DNA of 64,000 nucleotides from Phaeosaccion multiseriatum (Eukaryota; Protista; Ochrophyta, other classes). The notes beneath the pieces are model-generated. The model did no database searches, was not told the origin of the DNA, and saw only the letters and a list, made by a program, of their open reading frames with translations. The position numbers and the translations under genes were made by a program. The DNA lies in contig OZ218954.1 in assembly GCA_965112735.1 (NCBI GenBank), forward strand, positions 1,550,001 through 1,614,000, read 5' to 3'. Each line of letters begins with the position of its first letter. Position 1 is the first letter of the stretch. Below are positions 47,751-59,629 of this stretch, in pieces.

Positions 47751-47763
47751 ACATGGTTACAAC

Positions 47764-48280
47764 TTACCTCGAGCGCTCCAATACTGAGCCCATAAGCTCT
47801 AATATACATCTCACACATTCTCTTGCCCCCTTCCGGTCGTGTGCTGGATACTCGGCGGTGAAGCTGAAATCGGCCGCGGAGTCGCACAGACGTTGTCTCT
47901 CTCCTCTATGCCTGCCGTCGAAAGGCGGGCTGCACGTGGCCGGCACAGTGCTGCCTTTGCCGCTGACGCTGACAACTCCACTGCCCGCTGCACCAGCAAT
48001 AGCGGCGCCTTGATCCCCACCCATCACCACAGAGCCACCACCTGCCACCGCCTTGGCTACGACATCCCTCATGCGCGCGAATCGATTCTCGTCCACCTTA
48101 TGGACAGAGCCAACTAGGATGGAGTGGAGAGGCGCGTCGGGAAGAGGCCACGATAAGGATACAAACAGCCCCATCCGAGCGGCCAAGCCCTTCTCGAAAC
48201 CCAGCCTTTCGTAGTTGATTCCCTCCTCACTCATGAGGTGCTTCGCCTCTTGGAAGCTAGCTAACGATCGTCTGTAGGCA
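47764..48280 (-). pseudogene. Gene fragment, possibly exonuclease/endonuclease/phosphatase fold
   Basis: ILVGSVH...VVMGGD...ADFSF..YPAHD weakly echoes EEP motifs. The 5' end abuts the stop of the upstream gene. Confidence 0.25.
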
Positions 48281-48291
48281 TCAACTTCAGG

Positions 48292-49233
48292 TCAACCTTT
48301 GTCCACAGCAGCGACTCCGTTGTTGTCCGCAGCAGCCGTGTACTTGTGTGATTTTTTCTTGCCGGTTTTTTTGAGCAGTGTCTTCATTGGATGCATCAAC
48401 GGCGGCGGCGCCATCTTGAATTTGTGTAACAGGTAGGCCCACAGGGGCTGATCGCGCCATGAGTCCAGCTCGAGCGAGTAGTGATCCCAAAATGCCTGCG
48501 AGAGCTTCTGATACCGAGGACTCGCCGGGTCATAGCCAAACAAGTTGTTGGCGTACACAGTGCAATTCGGATCGAAGTCCGGCTGAGATTCCAACCACTC
48601 TCTGGTTGCATTCACATTCTGAGGAACGTCTTTCTTTCTCGCCAAGATTCGTTGCAGCTCTTCCAGAGGGCCCCCGCCCTCTGAATGAGGGTGCTGCATG
48701 AGGCCAGCATCCGAATTGCGAATAACTTGAGACATCGATTCCCAAACGGCGTGATCTATGGCCGGCGATGGCATCATTCTGGCATCAAAGTAGAAGACCA
48801 CCCCACACTTTACAGATGCCTCCTTCCAATGCATAAACTTGCCCCAGCGGGAGTGTGTAATCAGTCGTCGGTATGGCAGCTCAGTGACGATTTTGGTCCA
48901 TCCTGGAGCGGGAAGCTCGGCAAGGTTTGTGTAGGCGAAATAACCAAAGTTGTAGTCCTCCGACGATTTGGCAGCTTGCTCTTGAAGGGGGCGAACGTCG
49001 GAGATGATATCCAGCGCAGCCTCGACACTTTCCCAGTAAGCAGCCACCACAAAGCAAATGTCGTGGTTCACCGTCGTGGTCGTGTTAAGTCGCAGCGCGT
49101 GCAAAGCATAACCGTTGTTTTCTTGGTGCAAATATGTGTACCCAAAGAAGAGAACAAGCAAGGGGAAGGAAATAGAGAGAAGCTGAAGGACCACCGTTTT
49201 CGTTCGCCGCCCCTGTCGCCGCTGGTGCTCCAT
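48292..49233 (-). CDS. DUF616 (TOD1/MUCI70)-like glycosyltransferase, type II membrane, intronless
   Basis: TM VVLQLLSISFPLLVLFFGY. Motifs YFAYTN, HSRWGKF, VFYFDA, QHPH, EELQRI, WRDQPLWAYLL. Confidence 0.75.
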   Translation of the reverse strand: MEHQRRQGRRTKTVVLQLLSISFPLLVLFFGYTYLHQENNGYALHALRLNTTTTVNHDICFVVAAYWESVEAALDIISDVRPLQEQAAKSSEDYNFGYFAYTNLAELPAPGWTKIVTELPYRRLITHSRWGKFMHWKEASVKCGVVFYFDARMMPSPAIDHAVWESMSQVIRNSDAGLMQHPHSEGGGPLEELQRILARKKDVPQNVNATREWLESQPDFDPNCTVYANNLFGYDPASPRYQKLSQAFWDHYSLELDSWRDQPLWAYLLHKFKMAPPPLMHPMKTLLKKTGKKKSHKYTAAADNNGVAAVDKG

Positions 49234-49625
49234 GCATCCCCACAAGAACAAAATCTGCTACCGAGAATCAGAAGAGTAGTTGTAAGGGCGTCATGCTCGA
49301 AGAAAGTACCCCAGTGCCGATCCCGATCCGATCCAAATCCCGATGCTACACGAACGAGAGGTGATCTATCTAAAAAAAGAGGTGATCACAGGTGAGAGAG
49401 GGGGCGAGAGGCGATGCCAGCGACCCTCTGGTGCCATCCTCCCTATTTTATTTTTTTTTAAATTAAATTTTTCGCCAACAATTGTTCTGCTACTTAATGC
49501 TTAATGCCGATAGAGCCAGGCGTGATCAGTAGAAGCGTCAGCGTCAGCCGACCTGCAATCCCCGCTACCGCCGGCGGCCAGTAGCACGCTACCGAAAAAA
49601 AATGCGAAAACCTCCCCTTTTTTAA

Positions 49626-49866
49626 CACTCGATTTGCGTACTCAGTTACTCAGTAAAAAGAATCGCCGGGGGTGGGGCGGCAAGGGGGAGTGATCTTGCA
49701 GAAATGCTGACAAGTAGGGAGGGGAAAAAGCAATGAAAGCCGAAAGGCTGTGGATCGATACGCATCTCAAAGAGCTACACGAAGAGCTAAGCGCTTCTCC
49801 CACAGCGTTCATTTTGCTACAAGCGCCCTAAATGTTTTTTTCGGCGATTCTTATGCAAATCGAGTG
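49626..49866. mobile_element. piggyBac-type MITE (TTAA target duplication)
   Basis: TTAA|CACTCGATTTGCGTA...AAGAATCGCCG at the left and CGGCGATTCTTATGCAAATCGAGTG|TTAA at the right. Confidence 0.8.
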
Positions 49867-50293
49867 TTAAAAGGCGAACACTTACACAGACGGTCCGAGA
49901 TAGCGCCGCCGGTCCTCAAGAGGGTCTAGCTGTATATGGAGGAGTGTTGTGGCGCGCCCTGTGCGCGCTCTGCCTACAGAGTACATCCATGCACGTACGT
50001 CCATCGCATGCGTACATCCATGACGTAGCTCCGCCTGGGCAGGCTCTCTCTTTCGCACCGTCACCAGAGACACGATGGACATACGCCGGAGAAGCGCCAC
50101 CAGCCACCACCGACCGCACTCCTCCTCAAGAGTTGGGCGAGCCCCGACCTGCCACACGCCAAAGCCGACGCACGTGACTCTCTCCTCTCCCGCTTGGTCT
50201 CGTCCCTCGCGCTGAGCAGAGAGGGGGCTTTCAGTCCAACGGCGCCGGTAGAGAGCGAGGCATCGCTACATTGACATTGATGTGTCTGGCGAA

Positions 50294-51658
50294 CTATCCA
50301 ACATTAAAGTACTTCTTGTCGAATCCGGGCTCCTCGAACAGAGAGGCGTACTCCACGAGCAGCCTGTAGGAGTAGCAAGCAGCGTCTTCTTCCCGCAGGC
50401 GCCTCAAGGCGAGGTCTCTGCTGCGTTGGCACACGTTCCGCGCCTTGCCTTCGTTCAGCACTGCCCACCTCACCACCTGCTCCAGGTCAGACAGCGAGTA
50501 CTGCACGGGTAGGTAGTGCACCCAGGGCAGGACCCGGTCCGAATACCATTGCTGGTATCGGGACACCTTAAACACGACCGAGGAGGAGCCCAGTAGAGCA
50601 GAAAAACGCTGAGAAAAACCGTTCCCGTCGAGGTCCAGCAAGTACTTGTGCTCGAAGAGCCATCTGTAGTTTCGATACCCCTTGAACGAGTACAGAGACT
50701 TGACTCGAGCGCACTCACCCGGAGGATCCGGGTGGCACTGCACAAGAGAGGAGAAGCCAATGTCCACACCCACATCCAAGCTCTCTGCCAAGCCGCCTCC
50801 GAGGTCCAGCTGAGTCTCGTTGCCCCACTTCCTCACTGCTCTGAACCGCAGCCACTCCCGATGGGCGTCTTTATCGTGTGACCCTCCCAGAAAGGGCCCT
50901 GTGGTGGAGCCCCTCCACACTACGCGCGACGCCTTTCTCTCCCACTGAGTGTCCACGGCTGCCACTCGTGTCGCCTCAGACAAATTGCCCAGAAAGTACG
51001 GCAGGCGGATCTCCGTGGGTGGCTTGCCCTTCTCAATGGACCACCCAAACACGGGGACTTCGTGAGCCCACTTTGCATCCAAGATCGGTTTATCCGCCCT
51101 GGAAAAGAGGAACTCCAATGGCTGGTCCGGCGAGGTGAGGGCAGGTCCAACTTCCTCTAAAATTGGACCCCAGAAGGCCACCAGCTTTTTGCGTAGACCT
51201 GCCGGGAAGCCGTCCGCAAAGTCCAGCGCTCCATTTCCCCTTGTGCTGGCCAAGAAGAATGGACTGCCCAGCTTAGATGCCGAGAACACGCCTCTCTTCA
51301 GCGGCGGTCCTCAACGGAATCTGGCCAGATCCGTCTCGATGTTGGCATAGTCATACAGTTCGCAGTTTCTGCTCTCGGCAAAGCTGAGCCAGGAGAAGAG
51401 CAGATGCGGGGCGTCTCTTCCATAGCGACGGGTGTAGTCGGAACTAAACCGCTCCCACGAAGTGAACGAATCCCCACTTCTTTCTTCCTTCTTCTGATGA
51501 TGTACTAACAACGAATCGGCCTCGCCACCACTTCTTTCTTCCTTCTTCTTCTCCTCCTGTAAGTAATATATACTATATATAAAGTGAATGGCCACCAGCA
51601 ATAAAATCGAGAGGAGGGTGACAAGCCGCCAGGGCTTACTTGTCAGTGCTGGCCCCAT
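50294..51658 (-). pseudogene. Glycosyltransferase family 90 (CAP10/POGLUT-like), copy A, with a premature stop
   Basis: Motifs WERKASRVVWRGSTTG, HKYLLDLDGNGFSQRF, LPWVHYLPV. In-frame TGA at 51311-51313 where copy B has TCA (Ser). Confidence 0.85.
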
Positions 51659-51942
51659 CAGTCGGTTCGCTCCCTCCTCCTTCGAAAAGAGCAGGCCCAA
51701 GGCTTTGCTTGAGGAGTCCGACAGCGCAAACGAATGGAAGCAAGGACGAGGCCGGGAAGGGGGCAAGAGGCAGGAATCACCTTAGGAACTGAAAGTGAAA
51801 GTGTGTGGTGGATTCTGCGGTGTGATGTGATCGTGTGTGGTGGGGAAGCAAGACGAAGAATAAAATAATAAAGAAATGACGGAGCGAGGAAGAGGGGGAA
51901 AGATTTGGAGCAGTTGGTTCTTCCCTTTCCCCGAATTTATCT

Positions 51943-51973
<31 letters not shown>

Positions 51974-51978
51974 CTGTA

Positions 51979-52335
51979 CTCTGATTTCGCGGTTGAGTGG
52001 CCCTTTTGAACGCCCCGTGAATTTTTTTTGACGGCAAATGACGATTACTTTGACGATGTTTGACGACTTTTGATCCCTTTTTTACCCACTTTAAAGCCCT
52101 GTTTGACGCACTTTGACGCCCTTTGACACCCTTTTATCTTAATTCGCCTTCATTTCGTCTAAAAAAAATCACGTAAAAAAAAATCACGGAAAAGGGCGTC
52201 AAAGGGCGTCAAAGAGCGTCAAAAGGCGTCAAAGGGCGTCAAATAGGGGGCTAAAGCGTCGTCAAACGTCGTCAAACGTCGTCAAAAAAATCGTCATTTG
52301 GCGTCATTGTGTGCCACTCAACCGCGAAATCACAG
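51979..52335. mobile_element. TA-flanked MITE (Tc1/mariner-type) with internal TTTGACG/CGTCAAA repeats
   Basis: TA|CTCTGATTTCGCGGTTGAGTGGC ... GCCACTCAACCGCGAAATCACAG|TA (22/23 inverted match). Confidence 0.85.
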
Positions 52336-53148
52336 TAATAAGATCCAGAAGGCCTGAGAAAGCTGACGGTCCTCAAGAGGGTCTAGCTATATATGGAGGA
52401 GTGTTGTGGCGCGCCCTGGGCGCGCTCTGCCTACAGAGTACATCATGCACGTACGTCCATCGCATGCGTACATCCATGATGTAGCTCCGCCTGGGCAGGC
52501 TCTGTCTTTCGCACCGTCACCAGAGACACGATGGACACCGCCAGAGAAGCGCCACCAGCCACCACCGACCTGCCACACCGCCGATGCACGTAAATAATAA
52601 CTCTCTCCTCTCCCGCTTGTTCTCCCTCGCGCTAAGCAGAGAGGGGGCTTTCAGTCCAACGACGCCGGTAGAGAGCGAGGTATCGCTACATTGACATTGA
52701 TGTGTGTGGCGATGGGGAGAGCAACTCCTCCCACACAGGGAACCACGCACAAAGCCGGAACGACGAGACGACAGGTCGAGGCGGGAAATCGGTCCGTCGT
52801 CTTCAGCGTGTTCTTGCGGCGCGACAGGCATGTTCATCTCCTCCTCCTCCTCCTCCTCCTGCTGCTGCTGCTGCTGCTGCTGCTCCTGCTGCTCCTGCTG
52901 CTGCTGCCGAGGCGCTAGTCTCATTTTCCCAGGCGCGCTGCGCTTGTCAGGCAGAGCACGTAGAGTGGCGACAGGGCTCCTTCTCCCGCTTCGGAGTCCT
53001 TTGGCGCGGGTCGACCTCAGCCGTCACGTCAACAAAGGACAGCATGCAGCCCTCGACCCCCGCAATGGGCTCACACCATCTGCGCAGCTCTATCTGAATG
53101 CCGCCGCGCCGCCGGCGAAGCCGCGGAGCCGCCATACAGACTTCCAAA

Positions 53149-54432
53149 CTATCCGACATTGAAGTACTTCTTGTCGAATCCGGGCTCCTCGAACAGAGAG
53201 GCGTACTCCACGAGCAGCCTGTAGGAGTAGCAGGCAGCGTCTTCTTCCCGCAGGCGCCTCAAGGCGAGGTCTCTACTGCATTGGCCCACGTTCCGCGCCT
53301 TGCCTTCGTTCAGCACTGCCCACCTCACCACCTGCTCCAGGTCAGACAGCGAGTACTGCACGGGTAGGTAGTGCACCCAGGGCAGGATCCGGTCCGAATA
53401 CCATTGCTGGTATCGGGAAACCTTAAACACGACGGAGGAGGAGCCCAGTAGAGCAGAAAAACGCTGAGAAAAACCGTTCCCGTCGAGGTCCAGCAAGTAC
53501 TTGTTCTTGAAGAGCCATCTGTAGTCTCGATACTTCTTGAACGAGTACAGCGACTTGATTCGATCGCATTCACCCGGAGGATGCGGGTGGCACTGCACAA
53601 GAGAGGAGAAGCCAATGTCCACACCCACATCCAAGCTCTCTGCCAAGCCGCCTCCGAGGTCCAGCTGAGTCTCGTTGCCCCACTTCCTCACTGCTCTGAA
53701 CCGCAGCCACTCCCGATGGGCGTCTTTATCGTGTCCCCCTCCCAGAAAGGGCCCTGTGGTGGAGCCCCTCCACACTACGCGCGACGCCTTTCTCTCCCAT
53801 CGAGTGTCCAGGGCCGCCACTCGTGTCGCCTCAGACAAATCGCTCGGAAGGTACGGCAGGCGGATCTCCGTGGGTGGCTTGCCCTTCTCAATGGACCACC
53901 CAAACACGGGGACTTCGTGAGCCCGCTTTGCCTCCAAGCTCGGTTTATCCGCCCTGGAAAAGAGGAACTCCAATGGCTGGTCCGGCGAGGTGAGGGCAGG
54001 TCCAACTTCCTCTAAAATTGGACCCCAGAAGGCCACCAGTTTTTCGCGTAGATTTGCCGGGAAGCCGTCCGCAAAGTCCAGCGCTCCATTTCCCCTTGTG
54101 CTGGCCAAGAAAAATGGATCGCCCAGCTTGGACGCCGAGCACACGCCTCTCTTCAACGGCGGTCCTGAACGGAATCTGGCCAGATCCGTCTCGATGTTGG
54201 CATAGTCATAGAGTTCGCAGTTTCTGCTCTCGGCAAAGCTGAGCCAGGAGAAGAGCAGATGCGGGGCGTCTCTTCCATAGCGACGGGTGTAGTCGGAACT
54301 AAACAACTCCCATGAAGTGAACGAATCCCCCCTTCTTCCTTCCTTCTTCTGACGATGTAAGTGAATGGCCAACAGTAAAATCGAGACGAAGAGCAGCAGC
54401 CAGCGCTTACTTGCCAGTGCTGCTATCATCAT
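53149..54432 (-). CDS. Glycosyltransferase family 90 (CAP10/POGLUT-like), copy B, intact and intronless
   Basis: 427-aa ORF with TM WLLLFVSILLLAI and the same GT90 motifs as copy A. Confidence 0.9.
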   Translation of the reverse strand: MMIAALASKRWLLLFVSILLLAIHLHRQKKEGRRGDSFTSWELFSSDYTRRYGRDAPHLLFSWLSFAESRNCELYDYANIETDLARFRSGPPLKRGVCSASKLGDPFFLASTRGNGALDFADGFPANLREKLVAFWGPILEEVGPALTSPDQPLEFLFSRADKPSLEAKRAHEVPVFGWSIEKGKPPTEIRLPYLPSDLSEATRVAALDTRWERKASRVVWRGSTTGPFLGGGHDKDAHREWLRFRAVRKWGNETQLDLGGGLAESLDVGVDIGFSSLVQCHPHPPGECDRIKSLYSFKKYRDYRWLFKNKYLLDLDGNGFSQRFSALLGSSSVVFKVSRYQQWYSDRILPWVHYLPVQYSLSDLEQVVRWAVLNEGKARNVGQCSRDLALRRLREEDAACYSYRLLVEYASLFEEPGFDKKYFNVG

Positions 54433-54608
54433 TTTTTTTTTTTTTTGTGAGTTGGTTCTTCAACTTTTGTGAGCCCTGCCTGGCGGCCGGGGGGCGGGCG
54501 GCGACGCGGGCGCCCGACCGTTGGTCCATTTGGTTAAGGTACAATGAACTGAGCTGAACGGAACCGAAGAGCCGCGTAGGGAGCAGCTATCTGTCGGAAT
54601 TGGATGAT

Positions 54609-54644
<36 letters not shown>

Positions 54645-54746
54645 ATCGAGAAGAGAGGATTATACCAGAATCGAATACATTCATTGCTTGATTCACTCCG
54701 CCCGCGCGACCCCCACTAGCATCTCTCTGCTGCGCCCCCATAGTCA

Positions 54747-57700
54747 TCAGAGATTTTTCACGACGCGGTGTGAGTGTAAGCTGCAGGGTTCGTGGAGGCG
54801 TAGAGACCGCGGAGATGCATCATCATCATTCTCTGCGGCGGTAGCTTCAAAGGTGGCGGAAGATGGCGAGCGCTGAGGTGACGGCTGGCAGGTGGTGCGA
54901 GTCACAGAGGAGAAAACTGCGTCGCGCACCGCTCCTGGGGACTTTAGTGCATAGTCTCGCTGCCGATGCCCCGGTTCCTCCTGCTGCCCCTGCCTCTGTC
55001 CCTGCTCCTGCTGATGGCCTCTGACAACAATGCCCCTAGCCCGAAGCTCCTTCTGAAGGGCACTGCAGTTGGACGGATTCCACCAGCAGTTGGTACAGCG
55101 CTCAATGACGCTCCAGTTGTCAGCGCTCCTGTGTCTGGTGTGCTTCTTTCTGTTGGCTCTAATGATGGCCCGCACCTCCGTCTTGAGCTCTGGCGTCAGC
55201 ACGTGCTCACTCAGGTAGGCATGCGTGACGTTGGTGCCTTCCAAGAGGCGCGCAAAGCTCCACCACTCACCCAGCGCAATGTTGTAATTCTCCCCCGCAT
55301 TGAGGCACCAGATGTGGCCTCTTGCCAGCACTTTGGCAAGCTTCTCAAGCTGCCGCGTTCGAAAACCCTCGTTAAAGTTCTGGATATAGAGCGCCTCGCA
55401 GTTGGTGTTCACCGCCAAGGCCTCCAGAACCTCATCGATCACAGTGCTGTTGGTATCCGGCCCCAGCCAGTGGTGCAGCTTCAACACCACCACGTCTGGG
55501 TGGTTGTTGCGAATCATGCAAAGCATTTGTTGCACCACTGAAGAGTCCAGCATGGTGGTGCCCGCTGCCCGCTCGCTTCTCCTGACCCACTTCTGCCACG
55601 GACTGCATCCACCACCACTGTGTATCCCTCTGCTGTTGTCTTCCAGGTGCCTGTCCTCTGTCATCAAAGAGCTCTCGTTCGCAATCGACGCTGCTGTCCC
55701 TGCTGCTACTACTGCTGCCGCTTGCTGCCGCTCCTCCGCCTGCCTCATCGCCAGAATCGCCTTGGCCGTCTGCTTCGCTTTCTCCTCCAGCGCTGACCAT
55801 CGACTCATTTCACTCTTGTCAGCCTCATCATCACTCACCTCCTCCACAAACACGAACTGCCTTCTCCGCCTCGGCTTCTTCCCCCGTTTCCAGACAACCC
55901 GTCCCTCTGGAGTGGCAGCTGCTGCCGCTGCGGCAATAGCTGCTGCAGCTACCCCGGGGGCTCCGAAGCTCCGTCTCCTATCCTCTTCATCCCCCTCCTC
56001 TTCTTTCTCGTCCTCCCCCTCCTCCATCGTTCCGGCACTCTCTCCCCGCGCCTGTCGAGGCGGAGTATGGTATGGAGGGGGGAAGAGGCCCGCCATCCCC
56101 CCCGCCACGTCTTGGTGAGAGAAGGCACCGCCAGCAGTGGCCACAGCAGCAGACAGGTGCAGCTTGTCCAAGACCTCGCGCGAAGGGCGCGGTGGCTCCT
56201 GCGCAGGAATGCGCAAGGGACCGACAAGGCGCCGCTTCGAGCCCCCACCGCTACTCTTGCTCCCGCAGCTCCAGCCCTGCGCTCTGCTCCGAGCCACAGT
56301 TTGGCCCGACTGATGTGGAGGACACGCGGTTTCTGCTGTTACTGCCCCACCTCTCTCTTCCAGCCCCTGCTGTGTCCCTTCTACTCCTGACCGGCCAGTA
56401 ACAGTACTCACTGGGCTGCACAGTATACTGCCAAGTTCGGTGCCATCGTTGACCAAAAAAAGCTTCTCGTCAACACCACCCCCGCGCTCTGCGGTCAGAA
56501 GGGGTCCTTCTTTGTCGTGCCCCGAACCTCTTGGCTGTGTCCTCTCCGTGTCGGGGGTTCTGATTGTAGCAAGCGCTGGGGAAACCTTGCTGCCGATGCT
56601 ACTGCTGCTGCTCGTTGCTTTACCGGTACCGCCAATAGCATTGCCAGTTTCTTGTTCCTGCTGTTGCTGCTGCTGCTGCTGCTGCCCCTTGGCTTCGATT
56701 TGCGGCTCGTGTTTCTGCGCAAGCTTCAGAGATCTGTGCTCTCCCTCTTTACCAACCCTCTTCTCCTTTCTCTTGATATCTTCTTTTGCAGCTGCCTCTT
56801 TCCTCCTTTCTAGGAGCATCTTGGCTTCTTTCCTCGCCCTAGCCTCGACTTCTCCCCAATCTACGGAGCGCCTATTTCGTTCCACTTTTCCTTCTTCACC
56901 CACACCCCCCTCACTAGCCTTACTCTCCGCAGGCCCTAGACTACCATCCCACTCTCCCTCCTCCTCTTCCTCCTCCTCCTCCTTCTCCTTTTTCTCTACA
57001 CGTCCTCCCTCAGCCTCCTTCACGCCGGGAGTGCGATGGTAGACTGACTTCTCCTCACTCATGGCGTCCTCTCCCTGTAATTCCCCCTCAAGAGTGTGCC
57101 GCGGTCTCTTCCCTGGCCTTCCGCCATGGCCAAGAGGGGCAAGCGTTCCGCCCATGCTGGGTCTCTTGAGGCCTTGTCGACTTCTCTTCCGTGCATTCTT
57201 TCCACCCCCGTGTGTGCTTTTGCATGCCGCTGCTGTCAGACTGTTGTCTCTGTCCTCCTTCTCCTGGCTCCGTGCCGCCTTCGTAAGCCCCCCCTTTTTG
57301 TGCTGCTGCCCGTGCTCCATAGCGCCCCCCCCCCCGCCACTCGCCATGTTCCTTCCCCCCCTTTCTCCTCCCGCACCAGCAACGGAAGTGGACGATGATG
57401 GAGAAAGTAGCAAGGCCATCCTTCTTCTCTGTTGAAGCAGAAAGAGAGCTTCCTGTCGGGCCTGGGCTTCCACGTCCTCCCAAATAGAGGTGGGCGCCGC
57501 ATCCTCAACGTCGTCCTCATCTTCCTCCCCATCGCCATCTCCATTCTTCCGCTGGTTGATACTGGGGCTGCAAGTGCCCACCCCCTTCTCCTTCTGCCCC
57601 TGCTGCTGCTGCTGCATCCACCGGCGTGGAGACATGCTCACAGGTACAGGCCACGAAAAGGTTTTCCTCCTCTCTTCCAACTTTGGTGGTCCTCTAGCTG

Positions 57701-57933
57701 AACGGAGGTTCCTCGCTTTCGCCGCCCCTTTGAGAAGGGGGTGTTCTCCGCCCCCCACGATAGAATGTTTGGGATCCGCCCCTCTTATACGCCTCTTGCT
57801 GTCGCTCCCTCTTGAGAAGCCCGCTTCCCTGAGGGAGGGAAGGAATCAAGATTACGTAAGGATACCTAATAAGTCAGCAAAATGTGTAACGGGCTTTTCC
57901 TCACCTTTTTTGTATCTGTTCGCTATTCAACAT
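54747..57933 (-). CDS. Large, mostly disordered protein with a C-terminal RNI/LRR-like globular domain; probable intron 57830-57904
   Basis: 1003-aa open frame continues upstream to a pyrimidine-rich CAG acceptor at 57830. A GTGAGG donor at 57904 gives an in-frame first exon MLNSEQIQKR. The ordered domain runs IRNNHPDVVVLKL...LEALAVNTNCEALYIQN...IWCLNAGEN...WWNP. Confidence 0.65.
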
Positions 57934-59543
57934 GAAGCCGCTTGTGCTCGTGGTCGTGCTAAGTGCCATAGTCCTCACGCTACTAGTAGTGGTCTTTGGG
58001 GAATGGGGCCTATCGTTGCAGACGGGCTGCGGAGCAGGAAGTATAGAAGGCATGTCATCGGGAGCTGCCGCCGGGAGCGCAACCTCGGGCAAGCTCTTTA
58101 CTATGGCCAAAGTCCGGCGTTGGGCAGGGAGGCGGCTGTTCAGCGACGATGATTTATCATCCTTAACCGTATCCAGGCCCAACCCTCCCCCGACTCTGCC
58201 CGGGGTCCGCTTGTGTGAAAACTGGGCGGTGATCACGAGCATCAACCCCCCCACCACCCTTATGAGGCAGCTTGTACAAGAGCCAGAGTGGTGCCTCGTG
58301 GTAGTGGCGGATCGAAAGAGCCCCTCACTCGACGAGTGGGACCTGGAGCAGAGCTCTGACACCGTCTACCTGACGCCTGATATGCAAGAGCAGCTGCCCT
58401 ATACCCTCAAGGACAAGACGCCATGGAACCACTTTGGCCGCAAGAACCTGGGCTACCTCTTTGCCATTCATCATGGCGCCAAGGTGAGAGCGAGTCTGTC
58501 CATTGTCTTAGTCCTTCTTGTGTGCCGCTCACTTACTTGTCACGCACTCCCCATGATTTCCCACATCGTCCCCTCTCTCTCCATGTCTCGTTTCACCCTA
58601 CCACCTTACATCATCTGTCGACCTATCCAAAGCGATGATTCATGAGCGACCATTCGCTTCACTCCATCTCCGTATTCGCCTACGATTGGGCCTGTCTCTT
58701 TCCCCCATCCTGCTCACTTTGGCTCAGGTCATTTATGACACGGACGATGACAACGACTTGCAACCAAAAGGCCAGCGAGTTGCCGAGCTCCCTGTAGCAC
58801 AAAGCAGCCTGATTCTTAGCGCTCGCTCTCCTTCCATACGGTCCGGCGTTTTCAACCCCTACCCATTCTTCGGGGCCCCCCTCGCGTGGCCGAGGGGCTT
58901 CCCCCTGGATCTCATCAAGGCGGAGGTGGCGTCCATGGTTCATGACGGAAACGCTGTTGCCTCCTCCGCGGCCGTGGGGGTGGTGCAGAGCTTGGCCGAC
59001 CACGACCCCGATGTGGACGGTATGTACCGGCTCTCTCCCCTACCGCTCCCCTTCTACTTCTCCAAAGGCAAGGATTCGCTCGCGGATGAAGTTCTCGCGC
59101 TACCTCGGGGCGTCATGGCGCCATTCAACGCACAGGCCACCACTTTCTTCCCCGCGTGCTTTTGGGGGCTACTTCTGCCGGTGACGGTACACGGGAGAGT
59201 GGCAGATATCTGGCGGAGCTACTTTACGCAGCGACTTATGCAGGACATTGGACAGCACCTGGCCTTTGGGGGCAGCAGAGTCGTTCAAAACAGAAACGCG
59301 CACTCATACCTTGCAGACTTCCAATCTGAAAACCCGCTGTACATGCGGAGTGGGGCTCTGGTGGACCACCTGCAGGAATGGGAGGGACCTCCTACCGCCG
59401 AGGGAGACATGCCCATGCGCATGGAGGCATTAGTCATTGACATGTACGAGCACAACATTCTGCAGGAGGGCGACGTGATCAGCATGCAGGCTTGGATCAC
59501 AGATCTGCACGCCCTTGGCTACAGCTTCCCTCCGACGACTTAG
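57932..59543 (+). CDS. STELLO-like glycosyltransferase, copy 2; intron 58484-58727
   Basis: Near-identical to copy 1; splicing the 244-bp intron restores the full ORF. Confidence 0.9.
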
Positions 59544-59629
59544 AAGACATGTGTCAGCGGCTAATCCAATCAAGGCCGTGCTATCCTCAGGCGAAAGAAA
59601 GGTACGACTAAAGTACTCGGCTTCGCTTC

